Shown here: piece by piece, positions 27,877 to 40,799 of the stretch
Position numbering within the stretch: position 1 is the stretch's first letter
Layout: the number at the start of each line of letters is the position of its first letter
Source of the DNA: Octopus vulgaris
Lineage: Eukaryota
Direction: 5' to 3'
NCBI GenBank assembly: GCA_951406725.2
Contig: OX597828.1
Coordinates: forward strand, 43,586,001-43,650,000
DNA length: 64,000 bases
Program-made: the position numbers and the translations under genes
Notes under the pieces: model-generated
What the model saw: only the letters and a program-made list of their open reading frames with translations
Databases searched by the model: none
Told to the model about the DNA's origin: nothing

Positions 27877-28470
27877 TATTTCTTTATTGCCTACAACAGG
27901 CTACACACAGAGGGGATAAACAAGGACAGACGATGGGATTAATCTCGACTTCATCGACCCCAGTGCGTAACTGGTACTTATTTAATCGACCCCGAAAGGA
28001 TGAAAGGCAAAGTCGACCTAGGCGTAATTTGAACTCAAAACTTAACGGCAGATGAAATACCTATTTCTTTACTGCCCACAAGGGGCTAAACACAGAGGGG
28101 ACAAACAAGGACAGACAAACAGTTTAAGTCGATTATATCGACCTCAATGCGTAACTGGTACTTATTTAATCGACCCCGAAAGGATGAAAGGCAAAGTCGA
28201 CCTAGGCGTAATTTGAACTCAGAACGTAACGGCAGATGAAATACCTATTTCTTTACTGCCCACAAGGGGCTAAACACAGAGGGGACAAGCAAGGACAGAC
28301 AAACAGATTAAGTCGATTATATCGACCCCAGTGCGTAACTGGTACTTATTTAATCGACCCCGAAAGGATGAAAGGCAAAGTCGACCTCGGCGGAATTTGA
28401 ACTCAGAACGCAGCGGCAGACGAAATACTGCTAAGCATTTCGCCCGACATGTTAAAGTTTCTGCCAGCTC
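27877..28470 (-). mobile_element. SINE family B trimer
   Basis: One head and three bodies; junctions at 28060 and 28244, 184 bp apart. Confidence 0.88.
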
Positions 28471-28881
28471 TTTTATGCAAGTGTACTTCAATGTATAGCT
28501 ATGCGTTGGTCCTGACAAAATCAATGCCCAGGGACGTGTATTTGACAAATAGGATTTCAACGAAGTGAGGAATTATATAGCAAAAACGAATTTTAAAAGT
28601 GCATTTGCTTAACCAATATATATATTCATTGAATTTTTCAAGAAACTTAAGAAGGAATAAAATCTGTAAATATAGAAAAAGATAAGACAAAAACAGTATC
28701 GTTTGCTATCATATAACACAACAGTAGTTGCGGATTTGAGAACATTCGATACGAACGGAAATAAGTTGTAGAAATTTATATTTATTTTGTTGCATCTTAC
28801 GCTGGTTTTATGTTTTCTCTGAGTATTTTGTGATCTAAGTTCTGGACTAAGGCACATTCTTGTTGATAATGCGGCTGTCGC

Positions 28882-28882
28882 T

Positions 28883-28940
<58 letters not shown>

Positions 28941-28945
28941 CATTA

Positions 28946-28996
<51 letters not shown>

Positions 28997-29068
28997 GTAT
29001 TGTTATTATCATTATTATTATTATTATTATCATTATTATTATTATTATTGTTATTATTATTATCATTA

Positions 29069-29118
<50 letters not shown>

Positions 29119-29122
29119 GTTG

Positions 29123-29153
<31 letters not shown>

Positions 29154-29184
29154 CATTATTATTATCATTATTATTATTATTATC

Positions 29185-29226
<42 letters not shown>

Positions 29227-29281
29227 GTTGTTGTTGTTGTTGTTATTATTATTATTATTATTATTGTTATTGTTATCATCA

Positions 29282-29334
<53 letters not shown>

Positions 29335-29352
29335 GTTATTGTTATTATTATT
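28882..29352. repeat. Compound (ACT)n/(ATT)n microsatellite
   Basis: Direct reading. Confidence 0.95.
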
Positions 29353-29704
29353 TGGGTGTCTCTTCCTGCTTTCTATGGTAACGCGGCTTTAGAGAATTAG
29401 CGACGAAATCAAAATGGAGCGAATATATTTATAACAAGAATTACGGGAGCATACACACCAACGAGGCGTTATATTAAACCGCATCGATATAAATCGCTAA
29501 AGCTGCTTAAGGTAGAAGTTCTTACACAAATACAGTTCGTGCTAACTGATTGTTTTCTCAACGCAATAATCCTTCCTAGAATAAACAGGCAGTAATAAAA
29601 CCATTGAGTATTTCGGTACCAGATTGCGAAGATTAACTCTCGAGGCATTAAGAACAGATATTGGCTATATCTATATATACATACTTATATATACGTGTGC
29701 ATGC

Positions 29705-29778
<74 letters not shown>

Positions 29779-29779
29779 A

Positions 29780-29812
<33 letters not shown>

Positions 29813-29883
29813 GTGCATTTTATATATATAAAATATATATATATATTTATATACATATATATACATATAAATACATATATACG

Positions 29884-29966
<83 letters not shown>

Positions 29967-30292
29967 GTACACACACATACACATATGTATGTAGGCATGT
30001 ATGTATACACACGCATGTGGTTAGAAATCAACACGTAACGGTGCCTCATGGCGATATCTATAAGATGTATTCTGGATATAGCCGCAGGTTTTCGAGATTT
30101 TACATTCATACACATACATGCATATGTGTATGTGTGTTTGTGTGTGTGCGCGAGTGCATATATATATATATATAATTTATGTTACTGTAAATAAGTATCT
30201 TTCATATGATTAGAAGGGTAATCGAATACTTAATACACACACACATTTTTATATATGTATAATATAAGATATAGATTTACACATATACATAT

Positions 30293-30324
<32 letters not shown>

Positions 30325-30380
30325 CCACATACATACATTTAAATATAAATATATATATATATATATATAAATATGCATGC

Positions 30381-30428
<48 letters not shown>

Positions 30429-30461
30429 GCATATAAATGTATATGCAAGCATATATGTTTA

Positions 30462-30506
<45 letters not shown>

Positions 30507-30567
30507 TTACATAAACATATATGCTTGCATATACATTTATATGCATATATGTGCGTGTGAGTGCATT

Positions 30568-30608
<41 letters not shown>

Positions 30609-31148
30609 TCCATATATATTTGCGAGCATATTTACTCACATATATATCTATGTGTATACTAGACCGAATGAAATGTGAATTGATATGGATATGTGTATTT
30701 ATAAACACAGATATGTTTTCTTAATAAAAAATTGAGAATATATATACAAATCAGTTAAGCAGATTTTAGGTTGGCTATGATAAGCTGTAGATCGATTTGA
30801 ATTACACTGTACGTGGCTGAGTATCTCATAGACAATTTTCCTCTTAACGTTATCCCTCAGCGTATCACAAACCATATCAAAATCTTCCTTTTAAAACTAC
30901 AAATATACGTTTTAACCGAAGCTCTTCTACACATATTCTGCTATATAATTTCACTCACGAGGCCTGGTTATACTCGCCACAGTGAGAAAAGTCTCAAGAT
31001 ACCCAACCTGCTAGTTACTATGATTGAACTCGAGACCTAAAAGATTGTGATTTATTAATACTTCTTAATTTACATACATGCATGCATACATACATACATA
31101 GTACATACATATGCATATATAATATATTATATATATATAGAGAGAGAG

Positions 31149-31530
31149 AGAATGGATGTATACTGTCAATCTAACACGAACGTGACAGTACACCACCGCT
31201 GTATAGCCCTAGGAAGCATCAACGCCTCCTGATGGCTTTGACACATTTTTCCCTGTGTCCTTATATACATTTACGAAGGGGAGACTAACACCCCGGCCGC
31301 CGGAGCTGCATCTAGGGACACGTGTTTCAGGATCATTGTCCTTCATCGGCCTAGAGTAGCAGACACCGGTCAGCTGGCGATGTTTGTCTCCCCTTCGTAA
31401 ATGTATATAAGGACACAGGGAAAAATGTGTCAAAGCCATCAGGAGGCGTCGATGCTTCCTAGGGCTATACAGCGGTGGTGTATCCCCCTACTGTCACGTT
31501 CGTGTTAGATTGACAGTACACAACCATTCT
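31149..31530. repeat. Long inverted repeat (Penelope-like foldback)
   Basis: Arms ~31149-31290 and ~31381-31530 are near-perfect reverse complements with one short indel. Confidence 0.9.
31311..31355 (-). ncRNA. Minimal type-I hammerhead ribozyme motif
   Basis: tctagg-CCGATGA-agga-caatga-tcct-GAAA-cacgtg-TC-cctaga: 6 bp stem I, 4 bp stem II, palindromic stem III, GUC site; U4C deviation in the core. Confidence 0.75.
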
Positions 31531-31814
31531 ATCGCCCCACCACCGTACATGTCTCTAAGAGAGATTTAGAAATTTAGTATTTCTCATATATATATATATA
31601 TATATATACATTCAGAGAGAGATAGGTAGATAGATAGATGTTTGTATAAATACACACACATACATACGCACACACACAAACACACACACACACATACACA
31701 CACACACACACGCATATATATATATAAGTAGCAAATCTCAAACAAATAAACAACAACGCGAGAACGTGGTGCATGTAATGTATCAATAGACGCTCAGGAA
31801 AGGAAAGAAAGTCG

Positions 31815-31850
31815 GTTTAAAGTTTCGAGCAGAGGCTCTTCTTCAGAAAC
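31815..31850 (-). ncRNA. Minimal hammerhead motif, partly degenerate
   Basis: gttt-CTGAAGA-a-gagc-ctct-gctc-GAAA-ct-TT-aaac. More decayed relatives at 8257-8292 and ~47302-47340. Confidence 0.55.
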
Positions 31851-31958
31851 AGAGGTAAGTCCAATAATATGGAAGACAGAGAAAGAGAAAGGAAATCGTC
31901 AACGATTCACCGAACCTTCTTTCTAGACTTCCATCCTTGGACCTTTCATTTCCATATA

Positions 31959-32015
<57 letters not shown>

Positions 32016-32029
32016 ATGTATATATATAT

Positions 32030-33015
32030 TATTATGGCTGCTCCCTCGTTATCAAGTATGGCCATTGCACGAAGCTTAACTGTTACTGGTGCTGTGATCG
32101 AATGTGACTTTTTAGCCCAGCTAAAGATCTACAAAGTCTTGTACAAAATTGGCAACTAAGACCTTTACTGGTAATAGCCGGCTGTAGTTGTAACTGGGCT
32201 TCATGTACCTTTGCATGTCGTTTAAGTCCTCCTGCCGAATTACACTCTCTTCCACATGCCCGACAGATATGATTAGTATGGTGTGTTACACCACCACCAG
32301 TGGCCAGGTTGCCACTCATCTGTCTCGTTTTATGACTACGAAGATGACTCTTGAGTCCAGCTTTACTGAGGCAGGGTCTTGCACAGACACTGCATGTCAA
32401 CATCATAGGTAGACCCTTCTCATCTGGAAGTGTAACAGTGATGCCCTTCCTGACATCCCTTCTTACTTTGTCATGTGCAACTCGAGATTTCTCAAAAGTG
32501 GCTGTCCCCTCATGCACAATCCTTCTCCACCTGCTACGATCAATAGCTATGCCTTTCCAGGAGAGATGTGTCAGGATGTGCAAGCATCTCTTAAGGAAGC
32601 CTTCAGCAAGTCCTTATACCTGTTTTTTGGTTTATGTGGAGGTCGTTCTCCATTAGCTAACTCTCCATAAAAGAGTTGTTTTGGTATCCTTGAATCCTTC
32701 ATCCTGACCAGATGACCGCTCCATCTGAACCTTTGCTTTAACACAAGAGCTTCTATACTTACACACCGAGAGCCGTCGAGTATTTCAAGATCACTGATGC
32801 GGTCAACCACTTAATGCTATAGATCCGTCTGAGGCACATCTGATGGAAACGTTCCAGATGTTTAAGGTGGTATCGATATGTGACCCACGTATCGCAGGCA
32901 TAGAGAAGAGAAGGGAGCACACATGCCTTGTACACCTTTATCTTTGTCTTTCAGCATATGTCTCGCCGACTCCAGAGGCGCTTTTCTAGCCTTCCGAAAA
33001 CAACACTTGCTTTCC
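32030..33015 (-). mobile_element. RTE-clade LINE 3' fragment (ORF2 C-terminus with three C2H2-type zinc fingers), frameshifted
   Basis: Minus-strand translation: KASVVFGRL..RLW, TKIKVYKACVLPSLLYACDTW, LERFHQMCLRRI, RWSGHLVRMKDSRIPKQLFYGEL, DRSRWR; then CSVC..GLKSHLRSH, CRAC..GLKRHAKVH, CQFC..GLKSHIRSQH. Confidence 0.9.
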
Positions 33016-33069
<54 letters not shown>

Positions 33070-33239
33070 TATATATATACGAGTGTGTGTGATTGTGTAT
33101 AGAAGAATATATTAATAAAAGGAATTCCAACTTTGTCTGATTTTCACGTTTTATTTACAATCTTATAATTATATAATATAATATAATATAATATAATAAA
33201 ATAAAATAAGATAATAGAATGTTAAATGTTCATTCTGAT

Positions 33240-33284
33240 TGAACCAGTACTTTCATGCATTAAATTCTGCAATCTTCAGATTCA
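33240..33284 (-). ncRNA. Degenerate minimal hammerhead motif
   Basis: tgaat-CTGAAGA-t-tgca-gaatttaa-tgca-t-GAAA-gtac-TG-gttca; same-family copy at 6387-6430. Confidence 0.5.
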
Positions 33285-33374
33285 TGTAGTAGTGGTGACA
33301 GTCATGCTTCACAATTTTTGACTGTGATTATATATTTATATACATATATATATATATATAAATCAATGCTGATT

Positions 33375-33545
33375 AAAAATTATCGACATTTTGAAATTCA
33401 AAGTGCATAAGTAACCGCATGGTTACAAGCCTCACTCATATACCAAGTTTCATCAAGATCGGTTGGATAGTCTCGGAGGAGTTGAAGTAACAAATTCACA
33501 AACACACACACACAGCCACAGACACAAATTGCCATTTATGTATAC
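33375..33545 (-). mobile_element. Possible Helitron-like non-autonomous fragment
   Basis: ccaagtttcatcaagatcgg...ggaggagtt...(CA/GACA)n...tttat pattern, as recalled from the reverse 5' ends of non-autonomous Helitrons. Confidence 0.35.
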
Positions 33546-33594
33546 ATACATACACACACACACATACACACACACACACACATACACATATATA

Positions 33595-33656
<62 letters not shown>

Positions 33657-34322
33657 TAAACAGTAAAAATAATTAGACATGGACAAGAACATGAAACACC
33701 ACAGAGACGACACAAGAACCACAGGACGGGACATTCGAAGCCCTCAGTCATCAGTCAAGAACCAGATCATCTTAGCAATTTCGGCTGATTAATCTTGAGA
33801 TTGCTCCGATATGGCCAGCCAGCCAGGGGAAATCTAAGCCAAGCGCACCAGATCCCCTGGAAGAAAGCCTCGAATGTATACAACACGAGGACGGAAAACG
33901 AACGAAGTACACGAACAAAAATACAGAATACGTGACACCAATAAGAATACAAAAACGTAAAAACAATAACGGTAAAAATAAAAAATAAACAACAAAACAA
34001 AACCAGGACGTAGGACAAGGGTCTTTCGACAGGACGAGTTAAGTATGGGGCTGGCTTGTGAAGTTGTGCCTAATGGCCGCGGGGAGACGAACAAATACGT
34101 GTTGCTTCTGCGACTGCTGAACCGAAAAGAGCGCTCAACAGCGGCTAGCGGTCACGTGAGAACAAAAGACAGGAGAAAGGGACAGATGAAAAGAGAGAGA
34201 AGGTGGACGAGGGAGGAGAAGAAAGAGACAGATCGAGGGGGCTGGAGGTGAGAGAGATGGAGAAACGTAGAAGGAGGGGGAAGACGGATGGAGAGGGAAA
34301 GAAAGGAAGGGGAATAAGGGAG

Positions 34323-34369
<47 letters not shown>

Positions 34370-34861
34370 GTATGTATATATATATATGTATGTATGTATA
34401 TATATATATATATATATATAACAAATGAAAGATAGAAGATGGAATATACGATAATGTATTATTAATCACAAGAATTGTTTCGACACATCTAGCATCGACT
34501 CCTCTTGTGGGACACACAACTGGTTCAAGAGTATCCGGTGGTGCAGACGCATATATAGCTGTCATTAACGAGGGCGGCAGTATGCCTGTATATCCCTAAC
34601 GCGCAATTAACGTAAGAAAGCAAAAGTCCTGCAGTATTCGCCATGGGATGTGATTTAGAATGGACGTATAATAACAAAAATAAATGAAAAATATCAGCAG
34701 ACAAAAAAAAGGTTCAGCATCGGCGGAGGAACACTCACAGCGTGGACTTCTTTCTATTTGAACAGTACCAACTATCAAAACAGATTCTGCAATACCGTGG
34801 CCATCTTACGGCATAATCACATTAAATAAGCTATACACGATGCTATGTCTGTCTGTCTGTA

Positions 34862-34934
<73 letters not shown>

Positions 34935-35138
34935 GTCTATCTATCTATCTATCTATTTGTCTATCTATCTATCTGTCTCTCTGTCTGCTTGTTCGTCTGC
35001 CTATCCGTCTGTCTCGCCATCTGACTGTCTGTCTTTCTGTCTCTTTCTCTGTCTGCTTGTCTGTCAGTCTGGTTGTGTGTTTATCTATGCATGTATGTTT
35101 TATGTGTGTGAGTGCACATGTAAATCGCTGTCTGTTAC

Positions 35139-35247
<109 letters not shown>

Positions 35248-35296
35248 AGATATATATATATATTTAAACATATATATATATATTGTCGTATGTATG

Positions 35297-35345
<49 letters not shown>

Positions 35346-35799
35346 CCACATGCATCTATATTTAAAGCAATTGGTACATATGAAGCAGCCGCTGTATATT
35401 TTCTATAGATTTTGTATTCATAATTATCAAATAGGATGATTAGAGAGTGCACAGCTTTAAAAATTAAATCCCTATCAAATCCTCGTAAATTATCCCATTT
35501 AAATCGTCGCCATCTGTTTCGTAATATAATTGAGCATAAATTATTGAATGAATAATAAATTATAAAACTACAAAAGCTTAAGGTAATTACGTAAATATTT
35601 GTAATAGAAATTGGGAGATACTTTAAAGACATTGTGCATGTATGCACTATTTCGGGCAAATAATATTGTGGTTAATTACCCATTAACCGATGTCGTTAAT
35701 GCGCAAAAAATTTACGACTGCAAATTCGAAGATCTAAGATATCAGAAATAATACTATTCAGGTACTTACTGTGTTCATAAAATGAAGACTAATGATGAC

Positions 35800-35975
35800 A
35801 TTGAGAGATCTGAAGAGACTGAGGCAATCAAAGACAACATTTATCGGAGTGGTAATTATTGCGCTTGGCACAAGACCCGAAATGCTACCTGAAAGCCTGA
35901 AAGACATTGCAACTGAAACATACAGAAAAGGTACCATCCAATATTCTGTATGAATCCAAAGAAAAATTCTTGATT
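35800..35975 (+). mobile_element. Degraded R4/Dong-like RLE C-terminal fragment
   Basis: Translates RDLKRLRQSKTTFIGVVIIALGTRPEMLPESLKDI...IQRKIL, matching the RELxRLW..VVIGALG..ILRK pattern. Confidence 0.5.
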
Positions 35976-36234
35976 TAGGGAAATTTATTTTTCAGCAAAG
36001 TTCCTGCTAAGTAAATTAGCATCTAGAACAAAATGGAACATGGGTCCTTCCGGATATATAAGGCCAATTTTTCCCGGTTGTATGCCATATATATTAAGAA
36101 CCGAAAGCTGGTCAGTTAGAGTGGGCTTACATTTTTGTGCCAGTTGAGTGAACCTGAGCGACGTGAGATGAAGGAATCGAAACCACAACCTTACGATTAT
36201 GCGTGCAACACAATATTAGCTAGTAATGCTGCTG

Positions 36235-36292
<58 letters not shown>

Positions 36293-36556
36293 GTGTGATG
36301 ACGACGACGACAACGACGACGATGATGATGATGATTTCAAATTTTGGCACAGGGCCAGTAATTTCGCGGGAGGTGTAAGTCGATTACATTGACCTCAGTA
36401 CTCAATTGGTACATATTTTATCGATCCTGTAAGGATGAAAGGCACAATCGAACACGTCAACATTTGAACACAGAAAGTGAAAATGGACGAAATGCCGCTA
36501 ATGATTCTGCCAGCTCACAACTTGAAATAATAATAATAATAATAATGATGATGATA

Positions 36557-36646
<90 letters not shown>

Positions 36647-36667
36647 GTAATAGTAATAATAATAAAA

Positions 36668-36706
<39 letters not shown>

Positions 36707-36734
36707 TATAATAATAATAATAATAATAATAATA

Positions 36735-37315
36735 AATGCCCTGATGCAGTACCAGGCAGTGGCTCTCATGGCTTCTGATCTTAACTGATTGGAAGTGTTA
36801 TCACGTACGTTGTTTTGTCTTGGTATAAAAGATGGGCTACAGCAAATATTCTGCTCAATACCACAGATTAACTCTCCGTTGTTTGACCTTAACCAGTTGA
36901 GCATGTCTCTTAGTGGCTGACGATATGTGCATCTCTGATCACGAGCAGAAGTAGTGGGGGAGCATCATAGCTATATGTTGAGAGGGATTCTTTGGGGTTT
37001 GAATAATTCACCTCTGGAAACATTATTATTATTATTATCATTATTGGGTGGTTCTTTCAACATCCTTAAACAACCCTTATTCAGGGACCTTTTGAGCGGG
37101 ATGGGCTACTCAACCTGAAGAAAATTCTAACTGGGCCCCACCTGCAAGGTCATGTTCTATTTATCTTGATATGAGATCACCATGTCGCGCACATATGGTT
37201 GGGATGCATGTGCCTGGTGTACCCTTATCAGACGGGTAGTCATGATGGGTATATTGGGCTTCGTATATTTTACCCCAGTGTCACTTTGATGGCATGAACT
37301 GCTCTCTCACCCAAT
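36735..37315. mobile_element. Unclassified ~580 bp insertion within an (AAT)n microsatellite
   Basis: Sharp boundaries with (AAT)n on both sides, higher GC, an internal (ATT)n at 37022-37045 and no convincing ORF. Confidence 0.45.
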
Positions 37316-37326
37316 ATTAATAATAA

Positions 37327-37416
<90 letters not shown>

Positions 37417-37418
<2 letters not shown>

Positions 37419-37643
37419 GTGGTCCAGAAGAAAGGGTGGTAGAAGTTTGACCAATTGCCAGGACTGGATCGAAGCAGAGAGAAGCAGCTTAGGATGGTAT
37501 ATAAAAAATGCCGTGGAGCCACTTTTGAAACACATGAAGAAGGCTGGCGTCATCAAAACTGAGAATTGTGTAACTAAAGAAAACAAGAAATGAACAAAAA
37601 AGAAGAAAAATTAATAATAATAATAATAATAAAAAAAATAAAA

Positions 37644-37717
<74 letters not shown>

Positions 37718-37724
37718 TAATAAC

Positions 37725-37786
<62 letters not shown>

Positions 37787-38195
37787 TAATAACGAGAGTG
37801 TGGTAGAGTCGGAGACTAACAAATCCCTCTGGGATTTCCCAATCGAAACTGATCAGGTAGCAGATCATAACAGACCAACAAGCTTGAAGTGGTCATTAAG
37901 GGCTGGAAGGGTCACTGGAGTATAATTTATTGATATTACATGAACTTCCGTGAGGAACACTTTCTTAAAAATCAAAGATAGCTGCAAAGGCGTGGAGATC
38001 GAAATCAAGAGTATGTAGAACACGAATATGTTGGTAATATATTTGGGGTTATTGGAGCAATAGGACTCTTGAAGTAAGGAACGGAAATGTCACACAACCG
38101 CATACTGGGAAGCATCAACATCTGTGCAGTGCAGAGGGTCACAGTAGTTGGATTGGCTCAAACGCTACAGAAAGCAACTTCAATAAAGTGATATC
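37417..38195 (+). mobile_element. R4/Dong-like (restriction-like endonuclease) LINE remnants split by an (AAT)n tract
   Basis: 37417-37590 translates SRRKGGRSL..WIEAERSSLGWYIKNAVEPLL. From 37791: ESVVESETNKSLWDFPIETDQVADHNRP, then VIGAIG and VQRVTVVGLAQTLQK. Confidence 0.7.
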
Positions 38196-38334
38196 TTAGA
38201 TATCAGAGAGATTGCCTAGAAGAATAGAAACTATAATATTGCAGACATACTAAAATTAAGAGGAGACCTAAAACAAAAAAGGTCGAAAATGATATACAAA
38301 AATTGTATAGTAGCAAGCAATTCATACATATATA

Positions 38335-38727
38335 TCTTTATATATAAAAGTGAGGTTGTGTGCTGTCTGTCTCCTACGATTTAGAGTCCTAACTACTCCA
38401 ACATTTTGCGGTGCAGTTTAACCAAAACCGGGTATCTTATAGTCGTGATTCATATCGAGCCCTTCTGGGTATTAGCGCGTGTCTACGATGAGTCTACGAT
38501 TTAAAAAAAAAATTACCATCAATTTTTCCCATTTTAATGCATTTTTGGCATATATAAGGGAAGTTACTCTCTAAAAATGTATTATTAAATCTCAGAACGT
38601 AAAAAGCTACAGTAACACGCCCCTTTGTGGTTAGCCATATTGAGATGGCTATTAAACTTTACATCCCTAAAAATTCTTATATAGTTATTTCCCTTACAAA
38701 CCCGAGCAACGCCGGGCGATACTGCTA

Positions 38728-38728
<1 letters not shown>
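38335..38728 (+). mobile_element. Non-autonomous Helitron, copy 3
   Basis: A|TC start, hairpin plus CTAG|T end; internal segment ~38580-38665 differs from copies 1 and 2. Confidence 0.85.
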
Positions 38729-38764
<36 letters not shown>

Positions 38765-38768
<4 letters not shown>

Positions 38769-39566
38769 GCAATAAAAATGGTAAATAATTTTCCTGTGGT
38801 TTTTCATGTAACCAACAATTATTTACCGGTAAATTTCGGTATGTAAATACGACAAATTAATTGTCAGGACCTTTGTAAGGTTCAGTATATAGTAAAGAAA
38901 AGATAAGATGGTTAGCAGCAGGCTGTTTCACCTCATACCGAAGGAATTAGAAATGGCAGTCAAAGACCGTTTTTCCATTTTCTATAAGTGGAGAATCCAA
39001 ACATCTTATCTTTTCTTTACTATATACTGAACCTTACAAAGGTCCTGACAATTAATTTGTCGTATTTACATACCGAAATTTACCGGTAAATAATTGTTGG
39101 TTACATGAAAAACCACAGGAAAATTATTTACCATTTTTATTGCATTACCATGTGGATTCCTCATTCCATTACGATTACACAGAAAGCGCGCATGGCAGAA
39201 TTTTGGAGGGAAAATTTACGTTCCCAGTCGCCACTTAGTTTTAACATCTGCGCTCTTCCCCCCACTATCTGATGTCGCTGGGTCAGAAGTGAGGGCTAGT
39301 GGCATTTGGTAAAGCTACCGAATATAGCGCCGATGACGGAATTCAAACTGATTTCTATGTTTGCGATCCAGAAACATATGTTCGCTATTAACGGTAAGTG
39401 ACTGAATTCGTATATTTGCCACTCCGGTTTTGTGTATGTGAGCCGTAAGGGCCTTCGTTTTTGGATTCTCCACTTATAGAAAATGGAAAAACGGTCTTTG
39501 ACTGCCATTTCTAATTCCTTCGGTATGAGGTGAAACAGCCTGCTGCTAACCATCTTATCTTTTCTT

Positions 39567-39575
<9 letters not shown>
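38765..39575. mobile_element. Penelope-like rearranged insertion (inverted plus partially duplicated terminal repeat)
   Basis: 38765-38909 is the reverse complement of 39002-39146, and 38886-39000 is the reverse complement of 39461-39575. Flanked by (TA)n. Confidence 0.65.
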
Positions 39576-39614
<39 letters not shown>

Positions 39615-40586
39615 GCGTACGTGTATGTAAATGCGCGCGAGTGCTTAATATCAACATCAGTTTAGAGTTGGCCCATAGATAGCAACTGTTACAAGACGTA
39701 TCATTAGCAAGAAATATTATGAAAATACATTGAAAGTATGTAAAAGTTTTTAGAATACATTGTTTCCATGAATATATTTTATCTACATACGAATTAAGTA
39801 ATATATCATTGGCAAAATTAATGTCACAGGTCTTTGAAATACGTACGTTACAAGTTCTCTCTCTTCAGTAAGATGATATCGTAGTGAAAATTTTCTATTT
39901 CAGCCATAAGTGCGCATTTCTCTTTCCTAATATAAATTTTAAATTGATTTAGCGTGCCTTACAGTGGAGTTTATAAAAGAATAGATATATCGATTGAAGC
40001 GAAATTTAAAACGGTTAGCAGGGTGAGCGATATGCATTTTAGTGTAATTTGTGTGCGCATTATATTATACACTTGTCACAGAGCACGGCTTGCTGGTCAA
40101 GGTATTCAACTCACGACTGTAAGCTCGTGAGTTCGATTCCTCGCAGTGCGTTGTGGCCTTCATCGAAATGCTTCGCTTCACGTTGCGCCGGTTCACTTAG
40201 CTGACAAAACCGAATTTCTAACTTTAATGCAAAGGACCAGCCCTTGTGATATTCTATGTCATGCTGACGTTCCCTAAGATCTCTGTTGAAGGTACGCGTA
40301 TTTATGGAGCGCTCAATCACTTGCACGTGAAATTCACGAGCATTTTGTTCCGTTGATCGGATCAACTGGAGTACGTAGTATCAGTTAATTACATTATACT
40401 CTTCACTGGGCATTTAGAGCTCGAAAGACAAGCTGAAGTGTCTTGTTAAGAGAGCTGGTGACAAAAGTTTTTGGTTAATTGCTTTTTGTCTTTTAGATTA
40501 TAAGAAGTAACAGCTTCTGGAAATGTAGCTTTAGAAGTATCTGTTTTGATGATAGAACTCCTATGAAAAATTCTCATATACATATA

Positions 40587-40745
40587 GGCGCAAGCGCGGC
40601 TGTGTGGTAAGCCGCTTGCTTACTATCCACATGGTTGCAGGTTCAGCCCATTGCGTGGCACCTTGGGCAAATGTCTTCTACTAAAGCCTCTGGGCGACCG
40701 AAAACTTGTGAGTGGATTTGGTAGACGGAAATTGAAAGAAGCCCG

Positions 40746-40799
<54 letters not shown>

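Noticed and set aside
27877-28470. CRISPR-like array (also 51297-51844)
   Set aside because: Units are 182-184 bp contiguous repeats without unique spacers; eukaryotic context and no cas genes.
32083-32583. Host C2H2 zinc-finger gene
   Set aside because: Contiguous with RTE ORF2 motifs, frameshifted, and followed directly by the LINE 3' end.
34425-34580. Hammerhead-like GAAA-caa-ttc-ttg-TG with a long hairpin on the minus strand
   Set aside because: The CUGANGA core is absent and the cleavage triplet is wrong.
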